A stretch of DNA of 64,000 bases, taken from Parasitella parasitica NRRL 2501 (Eukaryota; Fungi; Mucoromycota). The notes under the pieces are model-generated. The model searched no databases and was not told where the DNA came from. It worked only from the letters and a program-made list of their open reading frames with translations. This document shows positions 37,760-50,879 of this stretch, one piece after another; the first letter of the stretch is position 1, and each line of letters opens with the position of its first letter. Location of the stretch: positions 128,677-192,676 of the forward strand of contig MU619262.1 of assembly GCA_025201805.1 (NCBI GenBank), read 5' to 3'. Position numbers and translations under genes: made by a program.

Positions 37760-38674
37760 ATGCAAAGATTACATCCTGAGCAACAAAATTCGTCTTTGGG
37801 GATCAGCAAAGCGTTGCAAGAAGAAGTGCGTATGATGGAGGATGCAGAGAACCGTAGCAGTGGGCCCGTCATAAAGAAAGCGTTGACTGATTCCATGTTC
37901 AAAGTGCCCACAGGCGAGTCGAGTTTCTTTTCCTGGGCAAGGTTCTATATTTCGTTGTATTACAACAAGGTAAATTTACAATAAACTGCGCACCGCTGAA
38001 TTGAATCCAAATGCTAAAAATAAAATAAAATAACAAAGTTGGCTGTCAATTGCTTTGGCTGCCTCACAGGGTGGAAATGGTACAATCGATTGGATGATTA
38101 CATCATACTAGGCGCATTACCCACACCCACGCAAATCAGAAAGTTGCATGCTCAAGAAAAAGTGGATACGGTTGTCAACATGTGTCTGGAGTTTCCTGGA
38201 TACGAGAAACTTTACAGAGACCTTGGGATCACACAAATCCGACTGGAAACGCCTGATTTTTCAATACCATCAATTGACCTGATCCATAGCGGCATTTGCG
38301 AAATCGTCAAGAGAAAGCAGGATAAGCCCAAAAGCACGATCTATCTGCATTGCAAAGGTAAGTTGATGACCAACTTGTGAGTGACCACTGACGGCTCTAT
38401 TTGGCAAAGCTGGCAGAGGACGAAGCGCTGCCATTGCCATTTGCTACTTGCTCAGAACATATGAACTGAATCTTACCGAGTGTCAAGCATTACTGATTGG
38501 AAAAAGATCGCAGGTAAAGTGTTTTTGAAATCTTATACATGCATCCGAATCTGAATACTGCTACAGGTGGATAAGGATCTTGTCCAATCTGATGAAATTC
38601 GGCTATATTACAAGGATTTGCTACTGAACATTGAAGCCGGCCGATATTCAAGAGAACAGAGGCCCCTCGATTGA
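37760..38674 (+). CDS. PTPMT1-like dual-specificity / phosphatidylglycerophosphate phosphatase
   Basis: WYNRLDDYIILGALP, VVNMCLEF and TPDF motifs; catalytic HCK|AGRGRS split by an intron; TGA at 38672-38674. Confidence 0.85.
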
Positions 38675-38826
38675 TCACGCATACGGTATTACAAGCCTCA
38701 ATGTTCGGACACTCAATGGCATTAATTAAAATCAATAAATACCAACGAGGGAGAGACGCTGTGCTTTTCATCTTTCTTATCACAAAAAAAAAAAAGAAAA
38801 AGTCTAATAAATTCAATCTATCAAGC

Positions 38827-41314
38827 ATGGAGACCCTCGAGAATGAGAACACCTACTCTGAAACTGCTCAGGACTGGAACACTACTATTAGGCATTCAGG
38901 CCAATGGTTTAAGGATGTGCATGGTAGAACATTGCTAATGAGGGGCATCAATGTATGCGGTTCCTCAAAATTGCCCACAAAGCCCTATCCTGGCTCGACT
39001 CATATGTACGATGATAACTTGTTTTGGGACCACAGAAATGTGAGTTTTGTCGGCAGGCCCTTTCCCTTGGAGGAAGCAGACGAGCATTTCTCTCGACTCA
39101 AAGCGTGGGGGCTGACGCTGATCAGACTACTGGTGCCTTGGGAGAGTCTTGAACATTCAGGGCCAGGCATTTATGACGAAGAGTATATCGACTATCTGCG
39201 AACGCTGATTGATCTGATGCCCAAGTATGGCTTAAAATGCGTGATTGATCCACACCAGGACACTGTAAGTACATGTCTGCAAGAGTTTCAATTTTATCAA
39301 TTCCGTTAGCTAGTGGTCAAGATTTTCAGGCGGTTCCGGCGCCCCTGGATGGACTTTTGAAGCTGCTGGCATGGACATTAAGAATTTTAAAGAGACCGGT
39401 GCTGCCTATGTACACAACACGAATGCTGTTCCTGGCGACCCACTTCCGATGGTATTATAAGCCGCTACTGAATTTTGGTCTCGACCTGATTAACGATTTT
39501 TAAAAATTAGGTTTGGCCCACCAATTATACCAAATTAGCATCTTCCACCATGTTCACCCTGTTTTTCGCAGGAGACACTTTTGCCCCCAACCGACAATAC
39601 CAAGGAAAATCGGTCCAGCAGCTCCTGAATGATTGTTTTATCAATACATATCACCATTTAGCCCAGAGACTGGTTGATTTGGACGCTGTGCTGGGATTTG
39701 AATTCATGAACGAACCTCATCCAGGCTACATTGGCCTGGACCATCTGAACGACTTTGATCCTATTGTCAATCTTATCTTTGGCGATTCTCCAACTCCCTT
39801 GCAAAGCTTTGCGTTGGGCGACCGCATCCCGCAGAAGGTGGGCGTTTACATTAAATCATGGCCATTCCCAACAAAAAAGTCACATGACCGAATCCTCAAC
39901 ACCACCCGAGTCTCTGCATGGTTGGGAGAATGCATATGGAAAGAGCATGGCGTTTGGAAGTCTGATGAGACGACTGGTGATCCTGTGTTGATTGACTCGC
40001 ACTATTTCTCAAAGCATCCAGCTACGGGCAGGGAGGTGTCTTTCTATGACGACTTTTACGTGCCTCTTGTCAATCGGTATGCAAAGTCAATTCAGAGCGT
40101 AAAGCAGGATTGGTACTGTTTGGTCGAGCCATTAGCAAATGAGGTAAATTGGATCTGGGAATGCGGATGCACTCGTGTCATTTACAATGCTTGTCTCGTT
40201 CCTGTAGAGAGCCCCTGTGTATAAAGAAACGGATCATCACCACAACGTGGTATTTTCGCCTCATTGGTATGACCTCAACTGCGTGTTTTACAAAAAGTTC
40301 AACGGAAGAATGACTCATGATGTCCAATGCCTTCAGCGGGTACAGTGCCTGGCCCAACACATGATTGCATCAGAGTGACTGACTCGGATTACTGAATATA
40401 GGGAGGCAACGTTTTCAGCGCAACTTATTTTGGTAGGAACGGAGCCAAGAAAAACTACTATGGCCAGATCAAGAACATCAAGCAGGACGGCTTGCGAGAT
40501 ATGGGCGACAAACCTTGTATTCTTGGCGAGGTAGGCATTCCGATGGACTTGAACAACAAGATGGCTTTTCAAGACGAAAACTATTCAAAGCATGTCCACT
40601 TTTTGGATGCTATTATTCATGCCTTGGAAACGAATTTGATCAACTTTACGTAAGTGATGCCACACGCAGTGCGGTTGCTGCACAGTATTATTAATGCATG
40701 CTTTTTTTTTTTAGCTTATGGAACTATGATGTTTGCAATGACCACGAATACGGAGACCACTGGAATGGCGAGAATTTTTCTATTTACTCGGTCAAAAAGG
40801 CAAAAGAGGATTATTTAGAGCATGACGACGGCAACAGCAAGCTATCCAAAAAGCATCTGTACGATGGAGGAAGGGTTTTGGAAGCAGCCTTGGTAAGAGA
40901 GCAAATGCGAATGGCAATTGACATTGTTGCGATTTCTAACAATTCATAATGCAGCGTCCTTACGCCTCCAAGATTGCTGGTACGCCTACGTTTTCCGAAT
41001 TCAATCTGGATTCATTAAACTACACCTTTTCCTTTATACCGTTTACGACTGATGAGATCCAGAAAATGGAAGCGGAAGGCTATGCAGTCTCTGAGAATAT
41101 GGCTGGCGTAACTGAAATTTTTGTCCCTTACTTTCATTTTGGTGGAAAGCCTCTCAACATCCAAACAAATAACGGTGAATGCGACTACAATGAAGATAGA
41201 CAAACCTTATACCATTACTATGATCGTAAAGAAGAATCCACCGACTCTGTCACAATTTCTATTGATGTAGTGAAAACTAATACCACGTCTGCTCCGGCAT
41301 GCACCGTCATGTAA
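38827..41314 (+). CDS. GH5 endoglycoceramidase-related protein (EGCrP/Egh1-like glucosylceramidase or sterylglucosidase)
   Basis: GRTLLMRGINV, VSFVGRPFPL, WESLEHSGPGIYD, DPHQD|WSRFSGGSGAP; acid/base MNEP; nucleophile GEVGIP; C-terminus CTVM. Confidence 0.9.
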
Positions 41315-41927
41315 TAAACCTTTTCTTTCTTTTTCATATACAGTATTTTTCCCGTGCATATAAGCAATAGGGCCGATAATGATGCGTTTGATTCCAAAAC
41401 ATGAGTGAAAATCAAGACTTGGAGTGCCAAAAATGGCAACATTTAAAGAAACCAGTTGCACATTTTACTTGGGCGCTTATGTTTTAAATTCTTTTTATTT
41501 AATACAAATAAGCTGAAAATGGGCAATTTTTACAGTTTAAAAAAATGATCCTGGACTCTACCATTTTACACGAATTGTATGGCGCCTATGCTTGAACAAA
41601 GGGATCGCCTTGATGTTACTTGGATTCACGCAATCGTGTATCATGCAATGCTCAAGGCTGTCTGACAATGGTCACAGGTGACATCATGTAAACGTCGACT
41701 GCAAGTTACAAAAAGAACAAGAAGACGGGAATTAAAGGGCCCTGGAATATGGCTACAATCTTGAATTTAGACATTTGCACACTGCTCTTTGCTGTTGCGG
41801 TTATTCTACATCTGACCTACTGACATCTACATGTAAGAAAAAAAAAAAAAGTAGTGTGAGATAAACACCTACATAGAGAGATGTTATTAACAGCAAAAAC
41901 AAAAAAAGAAAAGTAATGTATACAAGA

Positions 41928-42675
41928 ATGAACTCTCTTTTCCGTTTGACGTCAGGCATTTCTTCTGGGCAAGTTCGTATGTATTCAACTGAATCCGCAG
42001 CACCTAGAGTGAGTGCCGCAAGAGGAGGGTAAGAGAATAGGAGAGAATAGAGATGGATAAGCATGTAGTAATGGACCTTTTTTTGTTTCTTATTTTTACT
42101 TGCAAAGAGTCATTGGATTTCTTCTGGGCGTTACAGTCGCCGGTTCAGCAGGTTACTGTTATCTTTTGGGTGAATACAACAATGCTTCAGCAGCGCTTTT
42201 ATTATCAGTTCAAGAGCTGCAAGCCTCTACTGACAAGGTGAGAAATTCAACTGCAGTAGACATGCGTTGCATTGGGATGCTGATTTTTGGGGGGGGGGGG
42301 GAATTTAGGTCAAGGACTATGCAAGGCGGATCGAGACAGTAGACAGAGATGTTGGTAAATTGAAAGAAATCACTGCAACAAAGCAGCAATTGGCTGATTT
42401 GAAAGTGGATTTTCGCAAATTATACGTGAGTGGAAACATTGTGCCATCCAGCTAGTGAAACTAACGATTGCATGAAATGGGAACATAGGACACCCTAAAC
42501 ATTGAACATCTCGAATTAAAAACACATGTTTGGGGATTAGGTAATTGAGAGATTTCGTACACGCACACACGCACACACATATATATGCAAATGCTGACTA
42601 ACGTTACATGTAGAAAAAGACTTGAGCAATTCATCGTCTGCATCCTGCAACGATGGCAATAGACCCTCCAATTAG
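41928..42675 (+). CDS. Small fungal mitochondrial single-pass coiled-coil protein of unknown function, 5 exons
   Basis: Presequence-like MNSLFRLTSGISSGQVRMYST; TM segment RGG|VIGFLLGVTVAGSAGYCYLL; coiled coil. Four GT-AG introns keep the frame to TAG at 42673-42675. Confidence 0.7.
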
Positions 42676-42855
42676 GACCTTTTGTATCCTTTCGTGGCTT
42701 ATATTGCACAGCGATAATGCCAATCGATGCGATGCCATATTGATGATAAATTTACTGTTTAGCATGGAAATGGATGTGAACATTTGCAAATCCCGATGCA
42801 ATCTCTTTGGTTGTTGACCGAAACAAAGTGCGTATATGTGTATATTGTAAAGTGT

Positions 42856-42884
42856 TGAAAATTTTTTTTTCCAGAAAAATTTTT
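42856..42884 (+). promoter_or_regulatory. RRPE-like elements (TGAAAATTTT, AGAAAAATTTTT) upstream of eEF3
   Basis: Match the RRPE consensus about 140-170 nt upstream of a translation-factor gene. AT-rich background lowers specificity. Confidence 0.4.
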
Positions 42885-43024
42885 ATTCAATAAATAGCAT
42901 TGAACACTTCATTTTGACATTTGTTAGCGTTTTAATCCCCTTATTCACAAAAACAACCATTTTGTGGTCTCCCTCCTTATTTTATTTTTCCCGCTCTAAT
43001 CCATTCTCTTATTAAATAACAAAC

Positions 43025-46000
43025 ATGCCAGCTGCCGCTGCCGCAAAGAACGTCCAGAGCGAAATCCAAAGTAAGAAGATGTCAATCGTCTCCAACACTC
43101 CTTCCGAGGTCGAGACCAAGAAGGCCAAGGATATTGTTACCAAGCTCGCCGCTGCCTCCGATGAAGATCGTGAGTCTGTCGCCGCTGAACTTGCTGCCAC
43201 TGTCAAGGCCAACGGTATCCTCTCCCTCAAGCCCGTCATCGAGCTTCTCAAAAAGGACATTGCCTCCAAGAAGAATGCCAATGCTCGTGCTGGCGCCGTA
43301 GCTGCCATCGTTGCCCTCACCAACGAAAGCCTCCAAGGTCAAGCCGAGCCTTTCATTGTTCCTTTCATTGCTAATCTTTTGGAACTCCAAGCCGACAAGC
43401 AAGCTAGTATCCAAAAGGCTGCCGAGGCTGCTGCCGTATCCCTTGCTTCCAAGGTCAACCCTCTTGCCTGTCCCTTGATGGTCCCCTTCATTCTTGAAGG
43501 CCTCGGTAACTCTTGCAAGTGGCAAACCAAGATGCTTGCTCTTGAGCTCTTGGAACTCCTTGCCAAACAAAACCCCAAGGAATTTATTGTCGCCATCCCT
43601 GAAGTCATCCCCACTGTCTCTGACTGTATGTGGGACACCAAGGCTGATGTCAAGAAGAAGGCCACTGACACTATGGGCGTCATCTGCTCTCTCGTCGACA
43701 ACAAGGATATCGAGCGTTTCATTCCCGCTGTCATTAAATGTATCAACCACCCCGAGAATGTCCCTGAAACTATTCATTTGCTGGGTGCTACCACTTTTGT
43801 TCAAGAAGTTGACACTGCCACGCTTTCCATTATGGTCCCTCTTTTGGGCCGTGGTTTGAACGAGCGTGCTACGCCCATCAAGCGTAAGGCTGCCTTGATC
43901 ATCGACAACATGTCCAAGCTTGTCGATGATCCCGATGTCGCTGCTCCTTTCTTGCCTCTTCTTTTGCCAGCTCTCGAAAAGGTCCAAGATGTCGTTGCAG
44001 ACCCCGAGTGCCGTGGTGTCGTCCAAAAGGCCCTCGCTACTCTCCAACGTGTCGGTAACCCCTCTATCGAGATCTTTACAAAGGATCAAAAGAAGGCCAA
44101 GGTCGAGTCCTCCATCAAGGAGCTCCTGCCTGAGAACTTGGATGACTTTTTCAACACTACCGTTTCTTTCATGAACGACATTGCTCTTACTCTCTGTGTC
44201 GCCAAGAACTTTTTCAAGGTCTCATGGATTGCTGCTCTTGCCCCCTATGCAAAGTCTTTCATCTCTGCTGAGGATGCAGAGAAACTTGCCTTTTCTGCTT
44301 TGGAAAAGTGCGAGGAAGCTGTCACTGCCAAGGACCCCGAGGAGGAAGACGATGAAGGCGAGGACCTCTGTAACTGTGAATTCTCTCTTGCTTATGGTGC
44401 CAAGATCTTGTTGAACCGCACTTCTCTCCGTCTTAAGCGTGGTCGTCGTTATGGTCTCTGTGGTGGTAACGGTTGTGGTAAGTCTACTCTCATGCGTGCT
44501 ATTGCCAACGAACAAGTCGAAGGTTTCCCTCCTCGTTCGGAGCTCAAAACTGTCTACGTTGAGCATGATATTGATGGTTCTGAGGCCGACACTCCTCTCG
44601 TCGATTTCATTCTTGCGTCTGATGGTGTGGAGACCAAGGATCCCGAGCAAGTTCGTAAGATTCTTCTCGAGTATGGTTTCTCTGAGGTCATGGTCACCAA
44701 GATGGCTATCGGCGAGCTCTCGGGTGGCTGGAAGATGAAGCTTGCTCTTGCTCGTGCCATGTTGATGAATGCTGATATTCTCTTGTTGGACGAACCTACC
44801 AATCACTTGGATGTCATCAACGTTGCCTGGTTGGAGAATTACCTCTTGGGCCTCAAGACCGTTACCTCCATCATTGTCTCTCACGACTCTGGATTCTTGG
44901 ATCACGTCTGTTCCGACATCATCCATTATGAGCCCAACTACAAGCTCAAGCGTTATGCCGGTAACTTGTCTGAATTCGTCAAGAAGGTTCCTCGCGCCGC
45001 CTCTTACTACTCTCTCGAGGTTTCCCAAATCTCCTTCAACTTCCCTGAGCCTGGTCTCCTCGAAGGTATCAAGACCAAGGAGCGTGCCATCTTGAAAATG
45101 AAGAACGTTGACTTTCAATACCCCGGTTCTGACAGGAAGCAATTGATGGACATTTCCATGCAATGCTCTCTTTCCTCTCGTGTTGCCGTCATTGGCCCTA
45201 ACGGTGCTGGTAAGTCTACTCTTATCAAGTTATTGACTGGTGAGATCGAGTCTGAAGTTGGTACTGTCTGGAAGCATCCCAACTTGCGTATTGCCTATGT
45301 TGCTCAGCACGCCTTCCACCATATTGAAAAGCACCTTGACAAGACTCCCAACGAGTACATTCAATGGCGTTATCTTACCGGCGAAGACCGTGAAGAGCTC
45401 GACAAGAATGATCGTATGCATGCCGATTCCAACAAGAAAGTCTTGGAGCAAGTCTTTGTTATTGATGGCGAGAAGCGCACTGTCGAGGAACTTGTTGGCC
45501 GCAGAAAGCTCAAGCAATCTTATGAATACGAAGTCTCTTGGGTCGGTCGTTCGTCTGTTGATAACACTTGGATCTCTCGTCAAAACCTTGAGGATATGGG
45601 TTTCGGCAAGAAGATTGCCGAAGTTGATTCTGCTGAGGCTGCCAAGATGGGTCTTAACCGCCCTCTCACTGCCAAGGAGATTGAGAGTCATTTGACTGAC
45701 GTTGGTCTTGAAGCTGAATTCGCTACTCACTCTCGTATCCGTGGTCTTTCTGGTGGTCAAAAGGTCAAGCTTGTTATTGGCGCAGCAATGTGGAACAAGC
45801 CTCACATGTTGGTTCTTGATGAGCCTACCAATTACTTGGATCGTGAATCTTTAGGTGCTTTGGCCATGGCTATCAAGGCATATGGCGGTGGTGTCGTTAT
45901 TGTTACTCACAACCGCGAATTTACCGAGGCTCTCTGTAACGAAGTGTGGATGGTTGATGGTGGTCGTTTGACTCCTTCAGGCCATAATTGGGTTTCTGGT

Positions 46001-46183
46001 AACGGAACCACCAAGGTCGTGGAAGCTGACGAAGAAGATCAATTTGATGCTTTCGGTAACAAGATTGAGAAGGTTGAAAAGAAGAAGAAGTTGTCTTCAA
46101 AGGAACTCCGTCAGAAGAAGAAGGATCGTATGGCACGTCGTAAGCGTGGCGAGGAAGTTTACACTACTGATGAAGAGTTGTAA
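43025..46183 (+). CDS. YEF3: Translation elongation factor 3 (HEAT repeats + two ABC domains with chromo insertion)
   Basis: Intronless 1052 aa ORF with strong codon bias; GGNGCGKST, LSGGWKM, GPNGAGKST, LSGGQKV and LDEPTN motifs; basic C-terminal tail. Confidence 0.97.
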   Translation: MPAAAAAKNVQSEIQSKKMSIVSNTPSEVETKKAKDIVTKLAAASDEDRESVAAELAATVKANGILSLKPVIELLKKDIASKKNANARAGAVAAIVALTNESLQGQAEPFIVPFIANLLELQADKQASIQKAAEAAAVSLASKVNPLACPLMVPFILEGLGNSCKWQTKMLALELLELLAKQNPKEFIVAIPEVIPTVSDCMWDTKADVKKKATDTMGVICSLVDNKDIERFIPAVIKCINHPENVPETIHLLGATTFVQEVDTATLSIMVPLLGRGLNERATPIKRKAALIIDNMSKLVDDPDVAAPFLPLLLPALEKVQDVVADPECRGVVQKALATLQRVGNPSIEIFTKDQKKAKVESSIKELLPENLDDFFNTTVSFMNDIALTLCVAKNFFKVSWIAALAPYAKSFISAEDAEKLAFSALEKCEEAVTAKDPEEEDDEGEDLCNCEFSLAYGAKILLNRTSLRLKRGRRYGLCGGNGCGKSTLMRAIANEQVEGFPPRSELKTVYVEHDIDGSEADTPLVDFILASDGVETKDPEQVRKILLEYGFSEVMVTKMAIGELSGGWKMKLALARAMLMNADILLLDEPTNHLDVINVAWLENYLLGLKTVTSIIVSHDSGFLDHVCSDIIHYEPNYKLKRYAGNLSEFVKKVPRAASYYSLEVSQISFNFPEPGLLEGIKTKERAILKMKNVDFQYPGSDRKQLMDISMQCSLSSRVAVIGPNGAGKSTLIKLLTGEIESEVGTVWKHPNLRIAYVAQHAFHHIEKHLDKTPNEYIQWRYLTGEDREELDKNDRMHADSNKKVLEQVFVIDGEKRTVEELVGRRKLKQSYEYEVSWVGRSSVDNTWISRQNLEDMGFGKKIAEVDSAEAAKMGLNRPLTAKEIESHLTDVGLEAEFATHSRIRGLSGGQKVKLVIGAAMWNKPHMLVLDEPTNYLDRESLGALAMAIKAYGGGVVIVTHNREFTEALCNEVWMVDGGRLTPSGHNWVSGNGTTKVVEADEEDQFDAFGNKIEKVEKKKKLSSKELRQKKKDRMARRKRGEEVYTTDEEL

Positions 46184-46508
46184 ACGCCTTTTTTTTTTTC
46201 TTCTTCTTCTTCTTTGCTTTTCCTTTTTCTTTATCAGTAACAATTTATAGACATTCTTCTTCTCAATATAATCACCCATTTTCATTCTCTTTTATACATA
46301 ATAAAAATTAACACACCAGATTTTTTTGTACCAATTCAAATCTAATATATACCATTCAAAAATGCAAAAGTATAAATAAAACATTTGAACACTATGGCTT
46401 CGTTATCAGATCAATTTTATCAAAGAGCAGGGTATTTATTACAGAAAAAAAAAATATAAAAAATAAAATTCATGTATATGTACAAAAGTTGAATGATGCT
46501 ACTATAAT

Positions 46509-47454
46509 CTAGTTTGTAATTTGTATGCCTTCTTCCGCAAGTTTGTGGTCTTTCCAGGCAAGTCTCATGCCACTAATATACAATTACGATACAATCGAGA
46601 TGAGAGATACGCTCCAGCATGCCAACACTTGAAAAAATTACCTGTCATTCCAATACACAATATCGCTTTGCCAGTTCTTTTGATCCAATTCAGCAGCAAA
46701 CTTGGGATAATTGTCCTTGGTCCAGGCCAACGAATCCTCCAATGCGTGAATATAGCTGCTCCAATCTGATTCCTTTGTAATGTTTGATTTGTTGAGACTA
46801 TCATGAAACTTGAGAGAGTGCAAAATGGATCTTATCACATCGTTCGATCCTGCGTCCTGATGGAACATGACCCACATTGTATTTTTATGATAGTTTAATA
46901 AATAGTTTTCGTGCTATGCAAACCAGTTTGGAGATGAGTAACAACGCAAGATATATATATATATAGAGAGAGATCATTGGTTATATTACCTTCAATACTT
47001 GAACGACGCCCTCTACTTCTCCTGCAACGCCATACGCTTGCTCAGCACTAGGACCCAGCTTGATATGGATGGTAATTGCTCCCTTTTTGTTCTTGCCGTA
47101 AGTTGGCTTGATCCATTCACCAAAGCCGACTTCACGATCCTTTAATTTGTCGTATTCTACAACTGCGCCCGAGTCGATAAATTCACGGCTAAGCAAGGTC
47201 AGCTTTGCTTGATTTAAAATCTCAAATTTCGCAGCATGGAGCATCTTTGTGGTAGCCCAAATGTTGACAGGCGAAAGTAGAGCAAACACACTAAACAGAA
47301 ACAGGGGTGAATGCGATACTGAAATAAGGCCAACGCCAGTCAACATGCCCATTAAATGAGCAGTGGACATTTGTGCGTCGTCCTTGGCAACGATATCACC
47401 AATATTACCGTTGGGCTATAGATACGCAGTTGTTTGTCAAGTATTACATGTATC

Positions 47455-47497
<43 letters not shown>

Positions 47498-48530
47498 NNN
47501 NNNNNNNNNNNNNNNNNNNNNNNNNNNNNNNNNNNTTTTGTAAATGTCATATGAGAGGCAATCCAGATGCTTTCATGTATCAATTCAAACATGTTTCCAG
47601 CTAATTGCAGTTAGTTTTTTTTTTAGGTGCATGTTTGAGCAGACGGTCGAATAATTTACCTGCTGCTAAAGGCAGGAAAAGCTTAGGGGTAACCACTGAT
47701 GTGCACAACTGCAAAAATGATCCCACCGTCGAAAATAACTCGCAAACAAACTTCCATGTTTTTGGGTGTGAGTCGAAAGAACTGGCGTATCTTTTGATGA
47801 AAAAGAGTTTGCCAATTTCGCCTATGCCGTCCTTCAAAACCCTATGCACACATCATTGAATATATGATACATGCATTGTACGCAATCGACATTTGTTTTT
47901 ACCATTGTATTGCTACAGCGCCACCAGTTGCTTCGACTGTACCCAGCCCCAATGAAGCCAACATGGCTTGAGAGCACAACACCCCAATCTACAGCGCCGC
48001 AGAACGTTAAGCGCATACCTCTATACATGCATAATAGAATATCTTACTGCAGATCCAACGTAGGTCTCCAAAAACAGCCATGTATGAAACTTTTGGTAGC
48101 AATCATGCACAGACTCTGGATACCCCACTGGCAGAAACATTTCTCTCATATTCTGCTTCATGGCATTGAGTGCGCCAAAGCCATTTTTGTTCTGTTTCAG
48201 CTGGTACCACTCTTTCTTCTTTTGGTTGTTGTCTTCTGCAGGCTGGATCCATTCCCAGGACATGGGGGATGTAGTGACAGGCGCAGCAATGCGTCCTTTC
48301 GAGGCCGTAGCAGACTTTGTTTTTCCAATTGTCTGTAGGCTAGTATATATGCGCTTTCGTCCGTACACGAGTTCTGTTAAAATGGGCTCGTGCTTGGTTT
48401 GCGAGTTGGATGTAAATTGGCCAAGGCTGCTCTGAAATCTCTTGTGCAATTGGATCGATTTGCAGTGTTGGATTCGGCAAGGGTATCTTGGCATGATACT
48501 CTTTGACGTCCATACAAAGCTCTTTAACAT
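46509..48530 (-). CDS. RUS1/RUSF1 (DUF647) family protein with mitochondrial-type presequence, multi-exon, spans a gap
   Basis: FLPVGYPESVHDCY, LKDGIGEIGKLFF, FDSHPKTWK, NIGDIVAKDDAQ and LNQAKL motifs. The last intron gives ...WND|SGMRLAW...TN*. Assembly gap at 47498-47535. Confidence 0.82.
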
Positions 48531-48632
48531 GATTTATACAGGCTGAAAATTTAGTATGAGGAAAGAGGAGGGGGGGGTGGCCCTTGTGGCAAGAAGACAA
48601 AGTTTTATTATTTTAAAACACAGGGATGGCCC

Positions 48633-50598
48633 TTAAAACTCCATCAATCTCTCTGCCTCGTCTGTCAAAAAAAAAAGGGGGAGGGGGAAGGGGGAGTTTT
48701 GTTAGTGCACTCCATTTCACGTTGCTGGCAGTAAAGAGCAAAACTTACCTCTTTTATCCCTAGTCACTTGCAATACCATGTCGTTGACAAATTTCTCAAA
48801 ATATTCAATGTAAGGTCTGAGAGATGTCTTTTTATAGTCTGCGAGCCGACTCTTTTCAGGATTGGCTCGGTTGTACTCGCTTAGCTCTTGGTTAAGAGTG
48901 GCCAAGTTGGGCACTGTCAATGGATTGAAGCTTTCACACTCGTCTACTTTAATGGGCACACACACTCGCACTAGTAAAAAAAAAAAAAAAAAAGCCCATT
49001 CAAGTCAGTTCCCAATCGCTAGTAGCGCAATTCGGCTCATGACTCACATGTCTTTGGATGCGCACAAAACGGGCTTTTGAGTAAATGGTTGATTGCGGTG
49101 GACACCTTGATATCAAGGCGAGGGTAGCAGTATTGGAATTCAATGTCTCTGGCAACCTCGTCTTTGAATTTCTTTTTCTTTTCGGCCTTGTTGATTGCGT
49201 TCTCCAAGATGCTCCACTTTTCTGCTCCAGATTTATTGGGATGCTCTATCCACTGACTCTCTATCTTTTCTCTGACTTCCGCATCTGGAATGATGTCCAG
49301 CACTTTGTCCCATGTCTCTGCCCTGTCCAAAATGCCCATATTTGATAGAAGCAATGATTTGAAATGTTTGTCTACGATCTTGAATGAGCGTCTGCGGTCG
49401 TCTGGTTTTTTAGTCTGCAGCTAGCCAGATAATGCCCCCCTCGACTTACCTGAGCGATGGATGCAGATTCATGGGTAATTTGACTTTACGAGCTACCTGC
49501 GAACCCCCTTTGATGATGTCCAAAAAGCTCACAATCGCTTTTCGACTTTCATTGTCCAATTTACGCGCACTTTGATCGCAAACCCAACAATGCACACCAC
49601 GACGACCAGAGTAGACCCATAGAATCTGCTCAAATCCAAAGTCATCTGTGCGCTTGGTATTTAGCAATCGAAGACTGGATAAAGTAGCGCACTAACCTCT
49701 AAGAGACGTATCAATGACTTTGATAGCTACTGTCATGAATTCCCAGCACAACATGCAAACATCGCCACCGCTACAAAAGTTGTAAGCGAAACGATTCTGA
49801 TCCACTGAACTCTCTCTTTTACCTGCAACAGGTACGGACTTCATCATAATCTGTCATATCAATATCAAACACAAGCTCCTTCTCCAGCGGTTTAAATGCC
49901 TTTTCGCTGACAGTCTTTTTGTCACTGGGCTGATCACATGTCATCTTGGTTTAGTTAAAGAGTCTTTAATGCCAGCATGTCAACGTACGTACCTTGACGG
50001 CGTAAATGGCACCAATATCGATTTTGATGGGCTGGATTCTTTCGATTTCTTTCTTCAGCTCTTCGCCGTTGGGGAAGGATTTGAAGCGAACATAAATATC
50101 AGAGGGCAAGGTGAAACTGAATTCCCTATGTGTAAAGTTTCGTGTTGGCGCTAAAAGGGACGTTAGAGCAGCAGATTATCTCCACAGACAAAAAAAATTT
50201 TTTTTTACCAACCTGTGTCGTAATTGAGCCAGTTGAAGTATGTTTTGAATGGAAACAATCTGCTGTAGAACATCCTGTACAGGAATACTGGATTGTTTTC
50301 GTATCTGACATGGACGCATTGGGGGTGAGCAGGATGGTCAAAACGGTTCCCCCCTTCTTTTACTGCACGACCTACCTTTCTAGCTCTAGCCTTTGTTGAG
50401 TTGTGTTGCCGTTGTTGTCGGAAAAGCCATCATCCAGATTATTCATATCTTGGTCATAATCGCTAAAGAAATCAGCCTCCATATCCACATCTCTTAATTC
50501 ATTTTGTGCTAATCCAAGCATTAGTTGCTTGCGCGTATGAGGCTCAAACGGGGGGGAGGGGGGTATCCAAGTTTACCTTGTTCCTGGATATCAGTCAT
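48633..50598 (-). CDS. PRI1: DNA primase small (catalytic) subunit, multi-exon
   Basis: [28 protein letters not shown] (catalytic Asps), [13 protein letters not shown] and [18 protein letters not shown] motifs. Confidence 0.93.
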
Positions 50599-50879
50599 TA
50601 TTTCGGTTTGGTAAATATAGAGAAAGACGTGTTTCGGGGAAAAGGGTGTTGCAGCAGTTTGAATGCTTCGCGTTCGGCTTTCAGGTCGCGATAAGCTTGT
50701 CACTTGTCATTGTGCATTTTGACAGCTTTTTCAAAAGAGAATATGGAGGGCAACATCCCTATCTAATACGGTACAACACCTCCTGACGAAAGCATACAAA
50801 AGTAACTACAACGGTGAGGGAAAAGAAGCAGGGCAGGTAGGGCAGGGACATTGAGGATTTTACAGAGTTACTCTCGACG

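Noticed and set aside
43012-45805. Long antisense ORFs (335, 313 and 191 aa) opposite eEF3
   Set aside because: They are shadows of strong codon bias in a highly expressed gene and carry no independent motifs.
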